Part shown: positions 60,360 through 64,000 of the stretch, piece after piece
How positions within the stretch are numbered: position 1 is the stretch's first letter
Layout: every line of letters starts with the position of its first letter
Source: Candidatus Latescibacterota bacterium
GTDB lineage: Bacteria > Latescibacterota > UBA2968 > UBA8231
NCBI GenBank assembly: GCA_963422735.1
Contig: OY730476.1
Location: 3,104,001 to 3,168,000 of the forward strand
DNA: 64,000 nt
Direction of reading: 5' to 3'
The notes under the pieces: generated by a model
The model's input: only the letters and a program-made list of their open reading frames with translations
Database searches by the model: none
Told to the model about the DNA's origin: nothing
Program-made: the position numbers and the translations under genes

Positions 60360-60962
60360 GGAGGAATTGGCGCGGCGATTGTCGGCAGTCACCAAAGGGC
60401 TATCCAACGCTTGGGCCAAAGCCACGAACTCGCAGTTGTAGGCCGACAGCGAAGAAGCCGCTACCAAATTCAATACCTAAGCAGAAGGCACCTCGAATTC
60501 ATTTTCTTGGAGGAAATCCCCGGCTTCTTGTTGGATAGCTAGCGCCTTTTCCAAGCTGATGACTTTCTTTCTTAAATAGAGAGCCAGTACGCTTCTGAAT
60601 TCGCTTTTCCACAACAGCGGTGCGGCCCAACGGCTGTTTTTTTGCAACATCTGCTCGACGAGGACGGTCTGCTTGGTGGACAAATACAGGCGGCTGATGA
60701 TGTTCGTATCTACGACGATCGCTGTCTGCCTGTGGCAATGGCCCGTTCGATTTCCTCGGCCTGCATTGGGCTCGATCCTATTTGGGGACCCGTAGGGCCC
60801 GGGCACGAGTCAGGCGCTCTTCAGGCCCAATGCGCCGACCGAGAAAGGCGTGTTCCAAGCAGGCGATGATTTCGCTGTTGAGGCTGCGCGGTGCGTTTGC
60901 GCGGCTGTTTTCAGTTCTTCGTAGAGCTTGGGTGGGATATTCTTTATGGTAATTGCTGGCAT
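60360..60962 (-). pseudogene. Degraded FitA/Arc-like antitoxin + VapC (PIN) toxin pair
   Basis: MPAITIKNIP..LYEELK, frameshift, RSLNSEIIACLE. Toxin IVVDTNII...SAYNCEFVALA..LVTAD has an in-frame TAG at 60477-60479 and no start codon. Confidence 0.75.
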
Positions 60963-61059
60963 GAGTACATTCTTTCCTGAGATTGTATTTTGGTGTCAAA
61001 ATGGTTTGCTCGCGTTTGGCAGTCAAGGGGCTACAAAAAAATAGATTTTCTTCCCGCAA

Positions 61060-61076
61060 CGGACATTCCTTGTCCG
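61060..61076. promoter_or_regulatory. Candidate WYL-regulator operator
   Basis: Perfect inverted repeat CGGACA-N5-TGTCCG, 35 bp upstream of the WYL gene start. Confidence 0.5.
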
Positions 61077-61111
61077 CTTGGCGCATATCTTTCTCGCGTA
61101 GAGGCTGAGTT

Positions 61112-62092
61112 ATGCCCATAACGGATGCGATTCACAAGACCGACCGGCTTGAAGAGGTCAGATTGCTGTTTCTTCGCCGCCCCGAAGGCATGGGAACCGA
61201 CCTATTGCGGGTGAACCAGCGGACGGCCCGGCGCTATGTGCAGGAGCTGTCGGCGAAGGGACGGCTGCCGGTGTACCGGGACGGCCGGGTTTGGAAGTTG
61301 GTAGAAGGCGGGCAGATCGATCTGCGTCGGATTCAATTGAACTTAGACGAGGCCCTCGCGCTCTATTTGGCGGCACGGATGTTGTCGGCCTATAGCGACA
61401 AGTACAATCCACACGTGGTTTCGTCGCTGCTCAAACTATCTTCGGCCTTGCCCGACGCCATTGGGGCACATGTCGGGCGCGCCGCAAAGGCGGTTTCCAA
61501 AAGGTGCCCTGCGTCCGGGTATCTGAAGGTCTTGGAGGGGTTGACACGGGCTTGGGCCAGCCGACGGAGGGTGCGGCTCAGCTATCGGGATCCGGTTTCT
61601 GGGGAGCGCTCGGAGCGCCTGTTCGATCCCTTTTTCATCGAGCCATCCTTTGCGGGCTATGCCTGTTACGTGCTCGGTTTTGATCACTTTCGTACGGCGA
61701 TCCGCATTTTCAAGGTCGAGCGGTTGGAGCGGGTCGAGGTGCTGGATTCGACCTATGAGATGCCGCTGGACTTCGATCCCTACGACTATTTGCAGCACGC
61801 TTGGGGGATTATGGGCGGCGACGCGGTGGTCGAGGTGCAGTTGCGGTTTTCCGAACGGGTGGCCTATAGGGTGTGGGAGTCGGACTGGCCGGGGGTAGTG
61901 AAACGGGAGGAAGGAGAAGATGGGCGTTGTACGCTGACTTTTTTGGTCAACCACCCCTTGGAGATGAAGCCTTGGATTAGAGGATGGGGGCCGGATTGCG
62001 AGGTGCTGGTGCCGAAGGGGTTGAGGCGGGAGATTGCGGCAGAGATGCGAGAGGCAGCGGCGGTGTATGAAAGCGAAGGGAATGCGACTTGA
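61112..62092 (+). CDS. HTH-WYL-WCX transcriptional regulator
   Basis: HTH VNQRTARRY, WYL (ERLFDP, CYVLG, RIFKVERL), WCX (MKPWIRGWGPDCEVLVPKGLR). Confidence 0.9.
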   Translation: MPITDAIHKTDRLEEVRLLFLRRPEGMGTDLLRVNQRTARRYVQELSAKGRLPVYRDGRVWKLVEGGQIDLRRIQLNLDEALALYLAARMLSAYSDKYNPHVVSSLLKLSSALPDAIGAHVGRAAKAVSKRCPASGYLKVLEGLTRAWASRRRVRLSYRDPVSGERSERLFDPFFIEPSFAGYACYVLGFDHFRTAIRIFKVERLERVEVLDSTYEMPLDFDPYDYLQHAWGIMGGDAVVEVQLRFSERVAYRVWESDWPGVVKREEGEDGRCTLTFLVNHPLEMKPWIRGWGPDCEVLVPKGLRREIAAEMREAAAVYESEGNAT

Positions 62093-62235
62093 ACCGGAGC
62101 CGATTCCCGCTTTTGCGAGAAGACGGATTGAGGCGGAGGAACAGCGGGACATTTACGGAACCGTCTTGGAGGCGGCGAATGCGTTGTACGCAAGCGGTGC
62201 CGACGGCAAGCGCATGTATAGAAAGGGATTTAATT

Positions 62236-64000
62236 GTGAACTACTATGCCCACACCGCCGAAACGGCTACGGGGGAGCGCGATCCGAATAAATCGCATTG
62301 GCAACGGCTGTCCGAACATCTGCAAAACGTGGCGGATAAGGCGCGAGGATTTGCCAGATCGGCTGAGCTCGCCGAAGCGGCCCGATGGGCCGGGCTGCTG
62401 CACGACCTGGGAAAGTATCGGGAGCCATTCCAAGAATATCTGGCAGGCGAGCGCCCGGGGTCGGTTGAAACGCATCATGCGGTGTATGGTGCGGCCTTGG
62501 CTTTCAAGAGAGGATGGGTCGGTCCAGCATTTGCCATTGCCGGGCACCATGCGGGGCTGCATAACCTGAGCGATTTGCAGGCATTGGTTTGCGGCGAAAA
62601 GTACGATGCTGTGAACCGGTCCTCGGCACTGCAAACGCGGTTTGAAGCGGAATTGGGGAAAATTCCCGATCAGTTAGCCGAGCCAGAATTTGCCAAGTGC
62701 GCCAAGGATCCTGCCGCCAGAGAATTCTACGTGCGGATGTTGTTTTCCTGCTTGGTAGATGCGGATTTTCTGGATACGGAACAATTTGTTACGGGTCGGG
62801 TGCGCTACCCCCGAAAACTCGACGCTCCGTTGCTGCTGGAGCGATTGCAAGCACAGCGGAGCAAGTTCGATTCGTCCGGCGAGCTCAACACGTTGCGCCA
62901 CCGCGTGTTTGAAGACTGCTTGGCGATGGCGACGGAACCGGCCGGCTTCTTTTCTTTGACTGTGCCTACCGGCGGCGGCAAGACTCTATCGGGCATGGCC
63001 TTTGCGCTGGAACATGCGCGACAACACGGGATGCGGCGCGTGATTGTGGTGATACCTTACTTGTCAATCATCGAGCAAAACGCCGCCGAATACCGCAAAG
63101 TTCTCGACCCGCAAAACGAAGGCATCGTGATTGAGCACCATTCAGCGGTAAACGCCAAGATTGACGAAGCAGAGCAAGGCCGTGCGCCAGAGGAATTGGC
63201 GGCGGAAAACTGGGACGCGCCGATTATCGTCACCACTTCGGTGCAATTCATCGAATCCCTTTTTGCCAGCCGCACATCCAGATGCCGGAAACTACACAAC
63301 ATCGCAAATTCCGTGGTGTTGCTGGACGAGGTACAGACCCTACCTTCCCACCTGCTCAATCCGCTCCTGCATGTCCTGCGCGATCTCCAGCAACACTATC
63401 GCACGAGTTTCGTTTTCTCCACAGCTACCCAACCGGCCTTTCTCCGCAGCACATCGCTGCCGCATGGCTTTGAGGCGAATGAGGTGAAGGAGATCGCATC
63501 ACAGCTTGGCGAGCTGTTTCAGAAGTTGGGCCGGGTAGTTTACGAGGTGCGAACCACAGAGAGCGACTTCTCGGAATTGGCTGAGGAATGGGCGGGCGAG
63601 CCGCAAGCCTTGGGCGTGGTGAACACGCGCAAACAGGCCGCCGAGTGGTGGGAGTTGCTGCGCGCTCAGGGATTGGAAGGCGTGCTGCATCTTTCCTCAG
63701 CCATGTGCGCGGCACATCGCATGCGTGTGCTGACGGAGGCCAAACGGCGTTTGGAAGACGACCAACCTTGTCGGCTGGTATCCACACAGGTAATAGAAGC
63801 CGGCGTGGACATTGATTTCCCGCTGGTTTACCGCGCCTTGGGACCGCTGGATTCGATCGTACAGGCGGCCGGCCGCTGCAACCGGGAAGGACGCTTGCCG
63901 GGCAAGGGGCGCGTGGTGGTATTCCGACCGCTAGATGCCAAGCTGCCCGGCGGCGTGTATCGCGTGGCCACGGACATTGCCGTGCGGTTGCTGGATCAGT
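62236..64000 (+). CDS. cas3: CRISPR-associated HD nuclease-helicase Cas3, type I-C-like (3' truncated by window edge)
   Basis: GTG 62236, MNYYAHT, LSEHL, LLHDLGK, AGHHAGL, LVDADFLDT, VPTGGGKT, ENWDAPIIVTT, CRKLHNI, LDEVQ, STATQP, STQVIEAGVDIDF, QAAGRCNREG. No stop before the window end. Confidence 0.93.
   Translation, partial: MNYYAHTAETATGERDPNKSHWQRLSEHLQNVADKARGFARSAELAEAARWAGLLHDLGKYREPFQEYLAGERPGSVETHHAVYGAALAFKRGWVGPAFAIAGHHAGLHNLSDLQALVCGEKYDAVNRSSALQTRFEAELGKIPDQLAEPEFAKCAKDPAAREFYVRMLFSCLVDADFLDTEQFVTGRVRYPRKLDAPLLLERLQAQRSKFDSSGELNTLRHRVFEDCLAMATEPAGFFSLTVPTGGGKTLSGMAFALEHARQHGMRRVIVVIPYLSIIEQNAAEYRKVLDPQNEGIVIEHHSAVNAKIDEAEQGRAPEELAAENWDAPIIVTTSVQFIESLFASRTSRCRKLHNIANSVVLLDEVQTLPSHLLNPLLHVLRDLQQHYRTSFVFSTATQPAFLRSTSLPHGFEANEVKEIASQLGELFQKLGRVVYEVRTTESDFSELAEEWAGEPQALGVVNTRKQAAEWWELLRAQGLEGVLHLSSAMCAAHRMRVLTEAKRRLEDDQPCRLVSTQVIEAGVDIDFPLVYRALGPLDSIVQAAGRCNREGRLPGKGRVVVFRPLDAKLPGGVYRVATDIAVRLLDQ

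Noticed and set aside
1062-60479. In-frame TAG codons in the DUF4276 and VapC genes suggesting amber recoding
   Set aside because: Intact genes end in TAG at their expected C-termini (e.g. pnkp ...IDPRF, nfuA ...ENPYY), and the interrupted genes carry other lesions. They are pseudogenes.
60960-64000. CRISPR array near cas3
   Set aside because: No regularly spaced direct repeats were seen here or anywhere else in the window.
1-64000. tRNA, rRNA, integrase or IS elements
   Set aside because: None recognised. Intergenic regions are short and show no cloverleaf or transposase signatures.

Overview
A GC-rich bacterial chromosomal window, probably from an FCB-group organism such as Ca. Latescibacterota or Gemmatimonadota. 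This is inferred from FlgD/T9SS-like C-terminal domains, many sulfatases, six PhyH dioxygenases and several Gfo/Idh/MocA genes, and a marine or sponge-symbiont lifestyle is plausible but unproven. Most of the window is accessory catabolism: sulfatases, PQQ dehydrogenases, Fe/2OG dioxygenases, a PhnZ/TmpB-like HD oxygenase, a DMFase-like protein and a double-domain UxaA. It also holds cfa, fabV, a Lol-like ABC operon and a hybrid histidine kinase. Nucleic-acid conflict genes are a stand-alone PD-(D/E)xK (HsdR-N-like) nuclease fused to a SeqA-C-like domain, a Hen1-Pnkp RNA repair pair, and a WYL regulator with a palindromic candidate operator upstream of a type I-C-like cas3 that runs off the right edge. 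No CRISPR array or RNA gene is visible. Notable non-standard signals are a ~48-bp palindromic element inserted in-frame in a sulfatase (two more copies lie elsewhere), PQQ-dehydrogenase/ankyrin fusions, about ten decaying pseudogenes including four toxin-antitoxin loci, and an apparent depletion of CCWGG in favour of its C->T deamination products. All family calls come from motif recognition; no searches were run.
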